From an uncultured archaeon (GTDB lineage: Archaea; Thermoproteota; Nitrososphaeria; Nitrososphaerales; Gagatemarchaeaceae), in NCBI GenBank assembly GCA_963799775.1, contig CAWCYD010000003.1:1600001-1664000 (forward strand): a DNA stretch of 64,000 nt. The letters are read 5' to 3'. Of the stretch, positions 50,130 to 62,078 are shown in pieces (the stretch's first letter is position 1; every line of letters begins with the position of its first letter). A program made the translations under genes and the position numbers. The notes beneath the pieces were generated by a model. That model saw only the letters and a program-made list of their open reading frames with translations. It did not search any database and was not told the DNA's origin.

Positions 50130-51166
50130 GCGCGTTGAATCAGGGAGACAAGGTAATCCGCGATTCGACGGTCCCCGGAATAGTTGGCGGGCGGATTCCT
50201 CTTCCCTAAGAGTTCAGGTATCAGCTCATCCAGCCTATCCAAGTCCCTGAATGCGAATCCCAGCTCTGCGGCGTTCCTCTCCTGCTCGACGTGGTTCTTG
50301 ATAGGGATCGCGATTATCGGCGTCCCGCTGCTCACGGCCTCGTCGATCGTGCTCTTGCCTGCGGTCGAGATGACGAGGTCGGCCGCTGCTACGAGGTCTT
50401 GGTTGTCCCGCACGACCCCTAGGTGGCGGACGTTCCCCGCTTTGTGGTTCTTCTCGACGCTCCCAGATATCGCGAACACGTCAGACCCGTCGCAGACCTT
50501 CTGGAAGGCCACGACCGCCCTGTCGAGAAGGAATCGACCTATCCCGCTCCCGCTCGAGCTGAACAGGACCAGGCGGGAGTCAAGCGGCACCCCGCGCTCC
50601 TGCCTCGTCGCCTCTCGGGACTTTGTGACCTGTCTGGTGACCGGCGTCATGTAGTGGATGTTCCCGCTGTCGGTCCCGAAGCTCGGGATGAGAAGGTTGG
50701 AGACCCGCCGCTGCAGGTCCGCGTACCACGCGCTCACGCGTGCCTCGATCCTTCGGGCGATGGCTCCCCTGGCGAAACCCAGTTGCAGCTCGTCGGATAT
50801 CATGGCGTGCGGGATCCCTCTCTCTATCGCCAGCGAGACCGAGGAGAATTCTTCGTCTCCCACGACGAGGTTCGGAGAGAGCTCTGCGATGAGGCCCGCC
50901 ATGCGTCTGCTCGTGGCCCGATAGCCTCTCCAATAGCGCAGATACCAGAGCGTGGCCATCTTCATCTCCCCGCTGGACTCGTTCGGGGTGGGCTCTGTGA
51001 CGATGTCGTGCGCCTTGAACCCGTAGGAGCGGATGAAGTCCGCCGCGGCCCCGCCCGTTGCGAACTCGGGCTCGAGAGAGCTCTCCCGCAGTCTCAGCCC
51101 GACGGCGACGGCCCTAGAGGCGTGCCCGAAACCGATGGGGCTGACGCCGTAGAGGATCTCGGCCAA
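50126..51166 (-). CDS. GT-B glycosyltransferase (GT28-like)
   Basis: GFGHASR, DLVISTAGKSTIDEA, EQERNA. Confidence 0.85.
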   Translation of the reverse strand: MAEILYGVSPIGFGHASRAVAVGLRLRESSLEPEFATGGAAADFIRSYGFKAHDIVTEPTPNESSGEMKMATLWYLRYWRGYRATSRRMAGLIAELSPNLVVGDEEFSSVSLAIERGIPHAMISDELQLGFARGAIARRIEARVSAWYADLQRRVSNLLIPSFGTDSGNIHYMTPVTRQVTKSREATRQERGVPLDSRLVLFSSSGSGIGRFLLDRAVVAFQKVCDGSDVFAISGSVEKNHKAGNVRHLGVVRDNQDLVAAADLVISTAGKSTIDEAVSSGTPIIAIPIKNHVEQERNAAELGFAFRDLDRLDELIPELLGKRNPPANYSGDRRIADYLVSLIQRA

Positions 51167-51208
51167 CGAGTTCGTTCTTCGCTGGAGCTCCCTTTTTCTA
51201 GTCTACGT

Positions 51209-54060
51209 TCACTCGAGATAGAAGGTCGGTTTGAAGGGGAGAGCGCCGTCCGCCTTGTTGGCGGGGTCATCCGTCTTCTTCTCTCCGGCCTTGAACACCC
51301 TGACCTCGATCCCTACCTCCTGCGAGAGGAAGGGGGCGGCCTGGTTGAGCACAGCGAACTCGTCCAGCTCGCCCAGTTTCATCAGCCTCGCCACAAGCTC
51401 CTCTCCGAGCTCGTGCTGGAGCTTGATGACCCGCTCGGGCTTTATCCCCGAGTTGGCGTATCTCTTGATCACCTCGCCGCGAGCTGCGCCTGACTTGTCG
51501 GCCTTGACGAGCTCCGTGAAGTAGTCGGTGGCTTTGTCCGAGGCCACGTATATCGTGAGGCGGCTCTTCTTCTCCTTGATGATGTGGAGCAGGTTCCTTG
51601 CGTCCTCTATCACCTTGGCCACCAGGATTTCCGAGAGCTCGGCCTCCTCGTCGTGAGGAAAGTCGACGGGCGAAGGCCAGTCCGCCGTCGCGATGAGGCC
51701 CTTGTTGCCCATCTTCTTGTTGAGCTCTTCAGCCGCGAAGGGGATGAAGGGGGCGACCAGGCGGATCCAGGTCTCGAAGACGGTCTTGACGGTCGCGTAT
51801 CGGGGGCTCTCTGTCCGCCTGAGATACCAGCGCACGTCGTTCCAGACGTCAAGCAGCCCGACGGAGATCGCCTTCCTGATCTTCATCTCCTCCAGGGACT
51901 TCGTCACCACCTCTATCCTCCCATGGATGACGGAGAGGAGCCAGCGGTCGGAGAGGTCGCGCTCCCTCTCGGTCGCGTTCGCGAGGCCTTTCTCGATGAA
52001 GGAGAAGAGCGAGTCTATCTTCATGCTGATGTCCTCGGCGTTCTTCGCCTTCCAGTCGGCGTCGTCCATCCCGTCCGCGGCGAGGGCGAGCGTCGCGCGG
52101 AGGCCGTCGGCCCCGTACTGCTCCAGCGCGTGCCTCCACGTGATGAAGACGTTCCTCGACTTGCTCATCTTCTGGCCCTCTATCTGGATCATCCCGTTCA
52201 CGCTGAACCCGCGCGGCCAGTGCTTCTGCTCGAAGAGAGCGCAGTGGTGGAAGGCGTAGAAGGTCAGGTGGTTGGGGATGAGCTCCTTCGCGGAGTTGCG
52301 CATGTCGACGGGGTACCAGTAGAGGAACTCGCTCCTCATCGCCTTCAGGAGCCTCAGGTCGATCCCCGAGAGCTTCGAGACGTGCGCCTCCGAGCCCTTC
52401 CCAAGGAGGAGGTAGTCGAAGACCTCGGGGAAGAGCTGGCCGAAGTTGACCTTCTCGGAGTTCACGAAGTGGGCGAGGGTGTAGAACGCCATGTAGATGG
52501 TGGAGTCGGAGAGCGTCTCGACGATCCACTCCTTGTCCCACGGGAGCTTCGTCCCCATCCCCGACTTGCGCGCGCAGGGCCAGTTGCGCAGCCAGTCGAT
52601 GGTGGAGAAGTACCACGCCAGTGACTCTGGGGGGAAGACGTTGGCGGCGCTGATCAGCGTCTTCGTCTTCTCCTTCCACGCCGGGTCCGAGTAGTTCAGG
52701 AACCACTGGTTCTCCAGGATCTTCACGTAGCATCTGGTGGCGCACTTGCACACGACCTTCTGGGGGAGCTCCTGCATCGTGGTCAGGAGCTCCTTGTCGC
52801 CCATCGCCTCGACGACCTTGGGCTTGGCCTCGCTGACCTTCATGCCCTTGTAGCCGTCGCAGTTCTCCTTCAGCACGCCTCGGTGGAACTCCGCCTTGTA
52901 GACCTCCGCGGTCGCGTCCTCGAGCTTCGGGTCGTTCGAGTCCTTGATGCCGCGCTTCTTCACCTCGTCTGCAGCGGGCACTTCTGAGTATCCTTGGACA
53001 GAGATGATCGAGATCGGCTTCAGCTTGTCCGCTAGCTGGCGGACCTTGGGGGAGACTTGACCCGGCCCTCCTGGACGTCGACGAGGCCCATGTAGTCGTA
53101 GGGGGCGTGCGCCGGGACGCTGTAGACGACCCCGGTGACCAGCTCGGTGTCGACGAACGTCGCGGGCAGGACAGGCAGGCTCTTCCCTGTGAGGGGCGCC
53201 CTGACCGTCAAGCCCAGGAGGTCGAACCCCGTGAGCTCGTCCGTGATCTTCGCGTCGTGCTGCTGCTCTGAGAGCCTGGTCACGGCGGACTTGCTAATTA
53301 TCCAGGTCTCGCCGTCCACCTGCGCCTCCACGTACTTGCCCTCGGGATGTACCCAGACGTTCGTCGCGCCGAAGATGGTCTCGGGTCGGAGGGTGCCCGC
53401 GACGAGCCACCTCTTCTTCGCGCCCTCGACCTTCTCCTCCACCTCGAACTTCACCAGGTTGAACTCCTCGGGCGAGACGCCCTCGCCTTCCATCCTGTCG
53501 TGGTCCCCCGTCGGGCTCTCGTCGTGGGGGCACCAGACCACGGGGTGCGTGCCCTGGACGACGTAGCCGAGCTCGCGGAGCTTCAGGTATTGCCACTCGA
53601 CGAACTTCTTGAAGCCCGGGTCGACGGTCCTGAACTCACGCCTCCAGTCGATGGCGAACCCCGTGTCCTTGACGGCCTCGCGGCTGACCCGTGTGTAGTA
53701 GGACGCGAGGTATTCGGGGTCGACGAACCTCTCGACCTCGCTCTCCGGGACGCCGTCGATCTCTAGGAAGGCCTTGCGCACTCCCTCGTCGCCCTCTGAG
53801 AGGCGGTAGCTCATCCCGGGGATGCTCTCCCCGGTCCAGTGCCAGGCCCACGGGAAGAGGACGTTGTTGCCCTGCATCCTCTTGAAGCGTGCGTAGATGT
53901 CGACCCTCGTCGCTGTGAAGCAGTGCCCTATGTGGAGGGGGCCGTTCATGTAGGGGAACGGGAACGTGACGAAGACCTTCTTCCTCCCGGGGACCGACTC
54001 TGACTCGAAGACCCGCCTTTCATTCCATACCTTGAGCCAGTACTTCTCGTATTGCGCCAA
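51209..54060 (-). CDS. leuS: leucyl-tRNA synthetase (frameshift near 53050)
   Basis: FPYMNGPLHIGH, KMSKS. Confidence 0.95.
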
Positions 54061-54071
54061 AGTCCCTGCCT

Positions 54072-56831
54072 CTATTTTGAGAGCGTCCCGGAGATGGATT
54101 TCGTCAGGAGCTCCTTCGCTTTCGAGACGTCCAGAGGCTTCGGCCCTCCGCCCTGCGCAAAGTCCTTCCTTCCCCCGCCGGCGCCCCCCATGGCCTTTGA
54201 GAGCTCCTTCACGAGCGAGTCCGCGGCCACGCCCGCCTGCTGCGCTTGAGGGCCGACAAAACAGACTATCCTGGTGGAACTCCCGCGCGGCGAGATGCTG
54301 ACGTCCACTATGGACGGCTCTTCTTTTACTAGCTTCTCGCCGAGGCTAACAATAAGTTCGTCGCCCATCTCTGCGTCCAGTGACACATAAAGCATTGCCT
54401 TGCCCTTCGGCCCTTTGATCGGGGTCGCCGAGGCGGCGAGCCTTGGCACGGACGCCTCGAGCAGCTTCTCCCCGAGTGCCTTCTCCCGCTTTTGCGACTC
54501 CTCGAGCTTCTGCTTCATCGCCGCGATGGACCTTGACGACGTTCTCCCTCTGGACGCCGAGGACGGAGGAGGCCTGCTCTATCGTCGAGTCCATGCTCTG
54601 GATGTAGTCCACGGCAGGGTACCCTGCGACGAAGACGAGCCTCTCTACTCCGTCCTGGATTCTCTCGGTCCGCATTATCTTGATGAAGCCAACCTGGCCC
54701 GTCGTGTCGGTGTGTGTCCCTCCGCACGCCTGTATGTCCCAGTCGTTGATGTTGACGATCCTCAGGGTACGCGAGGGAACGACCCCTCCTTGGAAGAGCC
54801 TGAAGCCGTACTTGGCCTCCGCCTCCTTCCTGGGGAGCCATGAGATCTTGACAGGGTAGTTCTTCATCACGACGTCGTTCGCGACGTCCTCGATTTTCCT
54901 CACCTCTTCGTCGGTGAGTTTCGCGAAGTGCGTGATGTCGAGCCTGCCGTAGTCTTCCTCCTTGAAGGCCGAGTGCTGCCAGACCCACGGGCCCAGGACC
55001 TGGCGCGAGGCCCCGTTCACGATGTGGGTTGCCGTGTGGATGCGGCGTATCTTCTGGCGCCTCTTGGCGTCGACCTTCCCGATGACCTTGGCGCCCTCCC
55101 TCGGCTCGAGGCCCTCCAGCTTGTGGACTATCACGCCCCCGTACTTCTCGACGTCCACGACCTTCCTCCCCTCGATGGTCCCGTGGTCGGGCTCCTGGCC
55201 GCCTCCCCTTGGGTAGAAGGCGGTCTGGTCCAGCACCACGTAGCCTCCCTTGAAGGCCTTCAGGGACCTTGGCGCTGAACTCGAACTCCTCTCCGTTCTC
55301 GTAGTAGAGGGGCCTGGTCTCAGGGAGCCCCGAGGTGTCGAACTCGGGGTGCTTCTGATCGACCTTCTGCGAGACGTGCTTCGCGACCACCCGCTGGTAG
55401 AAGTCCTCGGGGACGGCGACCTTCGCGCCTCCCTCGACGAGCTGCTCCGGGGTGATGCCGTCGGAGTCGTAGAGCTTCACTAGGTCGTCCACGCCGATCT
55501 CTTTCTTGGAGGCGGCGAGCTGGGCGACCGTCCTCGAGACCCTCTGGACCGTGGTCGAGTAGCGGGAGGACTCTATCTCGATGGACCTTCGAGACGTCGT
55601 CCCTGTGCTCGGCGAGCTCCGGATACATCTTCCCCAGCTGGTCGGTGTGCCAGCTCACGACGTCGGCGAACCTGAACTTGAACCCGTAGTAGTCGATGAA
55701 GGACTGGGCCCTCCTGAAGAGGACTCGGAGGTTGTAGCCCCCGCCCACGTTGGAGGGCGGCAGCCCATCGGTTATCGCGAAGAGGAGGGTCCGCGCATGG
55801 TCTGCGACCGCGTACATTGCCTGCATAGGGCCGAGCGCCTTGGCGAGGGCGTCGGGGTCGACGTTGAGGCTCTTCGCGATTACCTTCCTCGCCTCAGAGA
55901 GGGTCGGGTACTCGTCGAGGTTCATCGCCCCCGCGAGGCGCGAGTACCTCTCGAAGAGCCTCTTGTCGTAGTCGACCTTCGACAGCTCCTTCATCTTGGC
56001 CAGAACCGGAGCGAAGGCCGTGTCGTAGTAGGTGGGCGTTCCTGTGGTGAGCCAAGAAAGCCTCTCCAGGCCCGCGCCCATGTCCACGACCTTCTCCGGG
56101 AGTTCGGTATAGCTTGACGGATCGCCCTCGAACGCCGTGAAGACCGCGTTACCGGCCTCGACACCCCTAACGAAGAACTCGAGGCTGTAGCCAAAAGCCC
56201 CCGCCCCCACCCAGACGCTCTCCACGAACGAGACCTCCTTCTCGGGTATCCCGAATTCCTTCGTGAGGAGCTCAAAGTCGAGGTCGATGCACTTGTCCTT
56301 CCAGTAGCCGTCCTTGTTGGCTATCGCGGTCTGCCCGATCATGACGAAGGACGTCCCGTGCTTGCCGCTCACGCCGACGCTGGGGACGTCGTTGAACCTC
56401 AGGCACATCTGCGGGACGACGAGGGGGTTGGTGGGGAGCTCGAAGACAACCTTGCCGTTCTCGATTCTCTGGAAGTCGACGATCGAGGCGACCGTGAAGA
56501 AGAGGTCGGGCCGCCACCTTGCGACGACGGGATACCTCGGGATGCTCGTGTGTCCGTTCTTGACGAAGAACTTCTCGACGACGTCCCAGGACTGGGTGTA
56601 GTCCAGCCTCTTCTTAGTGGGCGGGTCGCCGATGAACGTGTAGGGAGAGCAGGTCGAGTCGTCGCAGAGCTTGCGGTCTGGGTTGAGCGTCCAAAAGTGC
56701 TTGCCGCAGTTGGGGCACTGTTTCCTCACGAACCCCTTGCGCTTGAAGAGGTCGACCATGTAGTACTTTTCGTACTCGCCCGAGAACCTCTCCTGAAGGA
56801 TCTCCTTCGGGCTCTTCTGGGTCTCCTGCAT
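54072..56831 (-). CDS. alaS: alanyl-tRNA synthetase (several apparent frameshifts)
   Basis: RYPVVARWR, DMGAGLER, ADHAR, HTATH, CGGTH, GGGRKDFAQGG. Confidence 0.95.
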
Positions 56832-57261
56832 CTCTGCCTCGCTGCCTCGCCGCGACGGTAATAAACAGATTATGGGGTTATGAGGTCAAGACTTGGCACC
56901 GGGCCTTTGGGGGCGAGGTCGCCGCAACGGCCCAGGAGCCGGAGAGGGACAAAATCCGGCTACGCTCCATCTCGGGGGGGATAGGCCTCCCCGCTCCGCT
57001 TTGGAGGATAACTAACCTTGCAAGTGCAAGCGAACGTGAAATTGTTGCAACCAACACAAATCCTCACGCCACGCCTGATGACGGCGGGTCCATTGCACGT
57101 TCTACAGAACCCGCGCTCCTCCTCCGGCTCCAAGCTACCGGCATGCTGGGGGTCGCATTTGTTAAAAATGCACCCTCGAATCCCCCCGCTTACGGAGCAG
57201 AACCCAAAATCCCAGCAAAAACTATAAATGCGGTAGGAGGACGGCGAGGTTAGAAATCAGA

Positions 57262-57576
57262 ATGACGGACTCTTACATGTATGCGGCGTTAATGCTTCAC
57301 AAGGCAGGAAAGAAGGTAGACGAGCAGGGACTGACCAGCGTTGTAAAGGCAGCTGGAGTGGAGGTCGACACGGTGAAGGTCAAGGCGCTCGCATCTGCGC
57401 TAAGCGAAGTCAACATCGATGAAGCGCTGAAGAACGCTGCTTCGATGGCAATGGCAGCGGCGGCACCCGCGGCTGTGGCGGCACCTGCAGCAGGCGCAAA
57501 GAAAGAAGAAAAGCCAAAGGAAGACGAGAAGAAGGAAGAAGAGGCGCTCGCAGGCCTGGCCTCACTCTTCGGCTAG
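57262..57576 (+). CDS. rpl12p: 50S ribosomal protein L12p (P1/P2)
   Basis: [22 protein letters not shown]. Confidence 0.95.
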   Translation: MTDSYMYAALMLHKAGKKVDEQGLTSVVKAAGVEVDTVKVKALASALSEVNIDEALKNAASMAMAAAAPAAVAAPAAGAKKEEKPKEDEKKEEEALAGLASLFG

Positions 57577-57677
57577 ATCTCTTCCGAGAAGCATTCGCCA
57601 CCCCTCACTCACGGGAATTTTGCGTTCCTTGAGGCGGCGTGCCGCACCGTCTTTCTGAATCGGTTGTGATCCTAACC

Positions 57678-57803
57678 CTAGGACCGCGAACGCGCTGCCA
57701 CCCGGCGTTCTTCTCTATTCTTCTCCGCCAGGGCTACTAGAGCCTCAGAGAAGCTCTGCGAGAGTGCCTGAAGCTCTCTCTTCTTTTGATCACTCAGGGC
57801 CAT
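57678..57803 (-). CDS. 41-aa small protein
   Basis: MALSDQKKRELQALSQSFSEALVALAEKNREERRVAARSRS; CTTAAG box ~32 nt upstream. Confidence 0.4.
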   Translation of the reverse strand: MALSDQKKRELQALSQSFSEALVALAEKNREERRVAARSRS

Positions 57804-57862
57804 TTCTTCTAGCCGCTGAAGTTCTCGCCGTCTCTTAAGATCTCAGCGCAGCAGAAAGAGAA

Positions 57863-58772
57863 CTATGCCGGCTTTGCTTCTGCGGGAGCAGCGGCGCCGT
57901 ATCCCTTCTCCTTGGCCTTCGCCAAGACCGCGTTCGCCTCTGCCTCGGCCTTGCCGATGATAACCGGTGCGCTCTCCTTCGTTATCTCTCCGGACTCCAC
58001 GGCGAGCGCGAGGGCCTCTCTGTAGGCCTTCATGATTATCGCAGGAGCGGTCTCCTTTGTCACGTAGCCTATCTCGATCGAAAGGCCCCTAGCTGACGCG
58101 TAGCCCTCAAGGAGGCTAGCGCGATACTTGTCGAGGTCGATCGCCACAGCCTCTGCGCCGTAGATGAGGCCGTTCTCGTATGCTAGCGCTATGGCAAGGC
58201 CTGCGCGGATTGGCTTGATGCCGAGCCTGGACAGGAGGCTCGCTAGCTTCGGCGAGATCGGTGTGCCCGGCTTTGCGACGACCGAGTCCTCGACGACCTG
58301 GATGCTGCCGGCCTCTATCTTCGTCTTGATGCCCGCTTCCCTGAACTCGCTGAGGACGGTGCCCGCTTGCTGCCCCGTGTTCCCTGCGGGGACTACTATG
58401 TTGGTGGGCGCGGTGTCGCCTGCCCTTGCGGCTAGGTTGACCCTGTTCTTCTCCAGCAGGAGGAAGAGCTTGAACGGGTCGATCTTCGAGAATATGAGAG
58501 CGTTCTGGCCTTCGAGGTGGTTCAGCACTTCGTCTGCGTTCTTTATGCCCGATTTCTTGAGCCCGAGTATGGCGAGCTTGTTCTTGACCACGACGATCTC
58601 CGCGTTGCCTCTCAGGCACCTTCCTCACCGCCATGAGCTGGGCGGACCTCACCTTGGAGAGCCTCGTCACAGCGAGGACGGGGTAGTCCTTTGCGAGCTT
58701 CGCGATGCGCTCGACCATCGCGACCTTCTCAGCGCTGGGCTCGCGCTTGTGGACCTGGACCTGCTGGCTCAA
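57863..58772 (-). CDS. rpl10: 50S ribosomal protein L10 (P0; frameshift near 58620)
   Basis: VKNKL, ARAGDTAP..VPAGNTG. Confidence 0.93.
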
Positions 58773-59422
58773 CTCTCTTCGACCTTTGTCTTTGCGAGCT
58801 TCCCCATGCTCGTCTTCACCCCCACGGTCCTGATGTTCTTGTCCCCGTTGGGGAGCTTCTTCTGGACGGCTTGGACCACGGCAACGATGTTATCGGCAAT
58901 CTCGGCGTCGGAGAGCTTCCTGTCGCCAACCCTGCCGCTCACTCCGAGCGAGCCCCTGCTCCTGACACGGATCGCGGTCCTCGTCCTGTTGATCAGCGCC
59001 TCGATCTGGGCGTTGGGAGGGACCGCGGTGGGAATCTTGCCCCTCGGGCCCAGATACTGACCCAGGATCCTGCCGATCCTCGGCATGAGCGCTGTGTCTG
59101 CGAGGAAGAAATCGTACTGCCTGGCGAGGTTCTTCGCCTCCTTCTTGTTGCCCGCGTAGCTCTCAAGCTGAGCAGGCTCGATGGCCCCGTCGACCTTCGC
59201 GTTCTTGGCCCTGAGCAGGAGGTCGCCAGAGCCCACAAAGCAGATCGAGGCGCGGTGCGCCCCTGGATGAGGGAGATAGACCGTCTCGTTGATGTTGAGG
59301 TCAGTCTTCTTGGGGTCGACGTCCCTGAAGGTCAAGAAAGTCTCCACTGACTCGGGGAACTTCCTTTCCTTGGAGTCCTTCCCCTTCTTGACTAAATCGG
59401 CTAATTGGGAGTTCGAAAGCAA
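58769..59422 (-). CDS. rpl1: 50S ribosomal protein L1
   Basis: RKFPESVE, LGPRGKIP, KTSMG. Confidence 0.95.
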   Translation of the reverse strand: MLSNSQLADLVKKGKDSKERKFPESVETFLTFRDVDPKKTDLNINETVYLPHPGAHRASICFVGSGDLLLRAKNAKVDGAIEPAQLESYAGNKKEAKNLARQYDFFLADTALMPRIGRILGQYLGPRGKIPTAVPPNAQIEALINRTRTAIRVRSRGSLGVSGRVGDRKLSDAEIADNIVAVVQAVQKKLPNGDKNIRTVGVKTSMGKLAKTKVEES

Positions 59423-59521
59423 ACCGTGTTCCCCTGGAATCGAGACGAGCCTCAGGATTGTTCTTAAAAGAGTTTCGGGTTCGCGGCGGGATTTTTCGGC
59501 TGACTCGGAGACTGATTTCGC

Positions 59522-60019
59522 CTACTTCGCTTCAAAGGCGGCGATAGGAGAGTCCCACTTGCCGCTCTCTATCTCCTTCATGAACTGACGCGGGTCCGTG
59601 TTCTCCACCTTCACTCCCATGCTGACGCAGCTCCCGACGACCTCCTTCACCGCGGACCTGATCGACTTTGCGTACGAGTCGCCCATCTTGATCTTCGCGA
59701 TGTTGATGACCTTGTCGAATGTGACGTTCCCCACCAGGTCCGTGTTGGGCTTTCCGGAGCCCCTTGGGACTCCCGCCTCCTTGACCACCAAGGCAGAGGT
59801 GGTGGGCGTACCCACCGTGACGGAGAACTTCTTTGTCTCGGTGTCGACCTCAATCTTGACAGGGACGCGCATCCCCTTGAAGTCCCCTGTGACCTTGTTG
59901 ATCTCGTTCACTATGGCGAGCACGTTGACACCGAGCGGCCCGAGCTGTGGCCCGAGAGGCGCACCCGCGGTGGCCTCCCCGCCCATGACAAGGACCGAGA
60001 CTAACTTGTTTTCTGCCAA
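59522..60019 (-). CDS. rpl11: 50S ribosomal protein L11
   Basis: GGEATAGAPLGPQLGPLG, GSCVSMG. Confidence 0.95.
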   Translation of the reverse strand: MAENKLVSVLVMGGEATAGAPLGPQLGPLGVNVLAIVNEINKVTGDFKGMRVPVKIEVDTETKKFSVTVGTPTTSALVVKEAGVPRGSGKPNTDLVGNVTFDKVINIAKIKMGDSYAKSIRSAVKEVVGSCVSMGVKVENTDPRQFMKEIESGKWDSPIAAFEAK

Positions 60020-60080
60020 TCTGCTCTACCTTTGTTCTGACCGCCCGAGGTGCGTCCGGATTAAAGTGTTTGCCCGGCGC

Positions 60081-61119
60081 AGGTGTGTCGAATAACTTCA
60101 CGATCGGCTACTTTCGCGCATCGCTACTCCGCCCGCCTCTCGTCTAGGGGTTCGAGATCCCGACGAACAGGTTGTAGACCTGTGCCTTCAGCAGGAGCTC
60201 GTTCACCATGTTCTCCCACTTCACCGAGGTTATGTGCTCCCCGAACGTACGCTTGAACGAGGATATCGCCGACTCGACCCTCGCCCGCTGACCGTACCCG
60301 TGCCTCCTCTTCCACCGCTCCCTGTCCCTCAGCTGCTCCATCACGACGAGCTTCCTGGGCATGCACCCGAGAGAGTGCACAGAGGCGTCCTTTCGCACCT
60401 TGACCACGGGCTCTATCCCTTTCGAGTCCAGGTAGCTGAATATCTCCCTCGAGTCATACGCCCCGTCCGCTATCGCCCTCGTGACGCTCGCCTTCGACGA
60501 CGCTCCCTCCACCAGAGGGACGAGCATCCTCCTGTCGTGCACGTCGTCCTTCGTCACCTCCATCGAGAGTATCTTCCCGGTCTTGACGTCCACGGCCAGG
60601 TGGACCTTGATGAAGCCTCGCTTCACCGCCCACATCTGCCTTATCCACTCCCCTCGGTTGGAGACCTTGATCCCGGTCGAGTCAACCGCTATGGTGACGT
60701 CTTCGTCTGGGTCTACGTTCGGGTCCAGCTCTATCTTTACTCGCGATATCCGCCACCACATCGTGGTGTAGTCTGGGGCACTTGAGCCCTTCCACGTGTC
60801 CCGCGAACATCCTGAGGAACCCCTCCAGCTCCCGGTACGGGAGCAGGTAGACGTGGATGGCTGCGAGCATACTCATTAACGAGTCTGGATAGCGATATCT
60901 CGCTCCTTCCTTCTCCTCGTTGAGCTTCCCTAGTTCTGCGCTCCATCCAGATAAAAAATCGGTATCGAAGAGGAGCTCTCCCCTCCTCACCAGCGACTCG
61001 TTGTACTCCTTCCAGTTGCGCTTCTTCTTCGTGACCACGCCATCATGAGAGGATTCCCTCTCCTCTCATCCACCTGAGCGAGGGAACCTTGACCAAACGA
61101 TTAGTTATTCGACACACCT
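60081..61119 (-). mobile_element. IS5-family insertion sequence
   Basis: 17-bp TIR AGGTGTGTCGAATAACT at both ends; 8-bp TSD CCCGGCGC (60073-60080, 61120-61127). Confidence 0.93.
60144..61038 (-). CDS. IS5-family DDE transposase (frameshift near 60780)
   Basis: NWKEYNESLVRRG, VDSTG, ADGAYD, GYGQRARVES. Confidence 0.9.
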
Positions 61120-61240
61120 CCCGGCGCTTGGCCCTTCGGTGGGTCATCAAGGGACTGCAATCTGGCATTTCTGGCCAACTAACTTTCTTCTAGTTTCAAG
61201 GTCGCACATGCACTAATGGGCGGACGAAACCTAGTTCTCT

Positions 61241-61351
61241 ATGTCAGCGCAGGAATACAGCTGTGAAAGGTGCGGCCAGAACTTTCCGTCGGGGGATGAG
61301 CTGAGCAGGCACTACGAGATAGCCCATCCTGAGATGGACCCCCAAGCCTGA
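61241..61351 (+). CDS. 36-aa C2H2 zinc-finger microprotein
   Basis: MSAQEYSCERCGQNFPSGDELSRHYEIAHPEMDPQA followed by T7 run. Confidence 0.75.
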   Translation: MSAQEYSCERCGQNFPSGDELSRHYEIAHPEMDPQA

Positions 61352-61387
61352 ATTTTTTTCTAATCACCTGGGTCTCGAACGCGAGAC

Positions 61388-61879
61388 TCAGGCCTTTTCT
61401 GGATGCTTCGCCTTTTCGACTATCTTGACGTAGGCCGCCGAAAGGGTGACCGGCATAGAGTAAGGGGTGTCCACCAGGATCACCGTGATCTCCTGCTTCG
61501 ACTGCTCGATCCGCGTTATCTTGGCCCTCATCGTCTTGAAAGGCCCTGCCACTATCTCCACGGTGTCGCCCTCGCCAAGCTCAGCGACCATCGACTTTGT
61601 CACAAGGAACTTTTCGATGTCTGAGAACTGCATCATTCCGGGGATCTTGCTCCTGATGTGCTTGAACCCCTGGATGCTCTCGTCGACCACCTGAGAGTTC
61701 GGCGCCTCGAAGAGGACGTAGCCCTTCCAGGTGTCGAGAGCGAGTATCGAGTATATCGGCTTGTTCTTCTGCTTGGCCCTCTCGGCTACGAAGGTGGCGA
61801 CGGTCTTCTCCTGCCCGCCTGTGGTCTTAACGGGATAAATCGAACTCTGTCTTTGCTCTGTCGCAGTCGAGGATGACAT
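61388..61879 (-). CDS. spt5: transcription elongation factor Spt5
   Basis: KTTGGQE, GYVLFEA, KOW motif GDTVEIVAGPFK. Confidence 0.95.
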   Translation of the reverse strand: MSSSTATEQRQSSIYPVKTTGGQEKTVATFVAERAKQKNKPIYSILALDTWKGYVLFEAPNSQVVDESIQGFKHIRSKIPGMMQFSDIEKFLVTKSMVAELGEGDTVEIVAGPFKTMRAKITRIEQSKQEITVILVDTPYSMPVTLSAAYVKIVEKAKHPEKA

Positions 61880-61901
61880 GTTGATCTCTGTCTCCAGTTG
61901 A

Positions 61902-62078
61902 CTAGCCGAATATCGTCGGCAGGGCCGTCGACATGAGCTTCACGAGGAAGCCGATGACGCCCACCACCCCAAGGCCCAGCAGGACGAGCTTCAGGTAGAG
62001 GAAGAACTCGTCTCGGTCGCTCTTCCTTGAGAGTTTGATTACCGAACCCATCGAGCGAAGAAAGTCACGCCAGGCCAA
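61902..62078 (-). CDS. secE: protein translocase SecE/Sec61-gamma
   Basis: KLSRKSDRDEF..GLGVVGVIGFLV; canonical position upstream of spt5; read manually. Confidence 0.88.
   Translation of the reverse strand: MAWRDFLRSMGSVIKLSRKSDRDEFFLYLKLVLLGLGVVGVIGFLVKLMSTALPTIFG

Noticed and set aside
50423-52624. Long antisense and alternate-frame ORFs (also 7233-8354 and 19840-20829)
   Set aside because: Shadow ORFs of GC-rich genes with no recognisable motifs.
56895-57003. SRP (7S) RNA
   Set aside because: GGCCCAGG..GGAGAGGG only loosely resembles helix 8; no proper GGAA tetraloop/AGCA motif and the structured part is too short.
51209-58772. Programmed frameshifts or pseudogenisation of leuS, alaS and rpl10 (also mre11, dtdA)
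   Set aside because: Scattered single-base indels in essential genes are best explained by long-read assembly error, so frameshifts in island genes are not treated as pseudogenes either.
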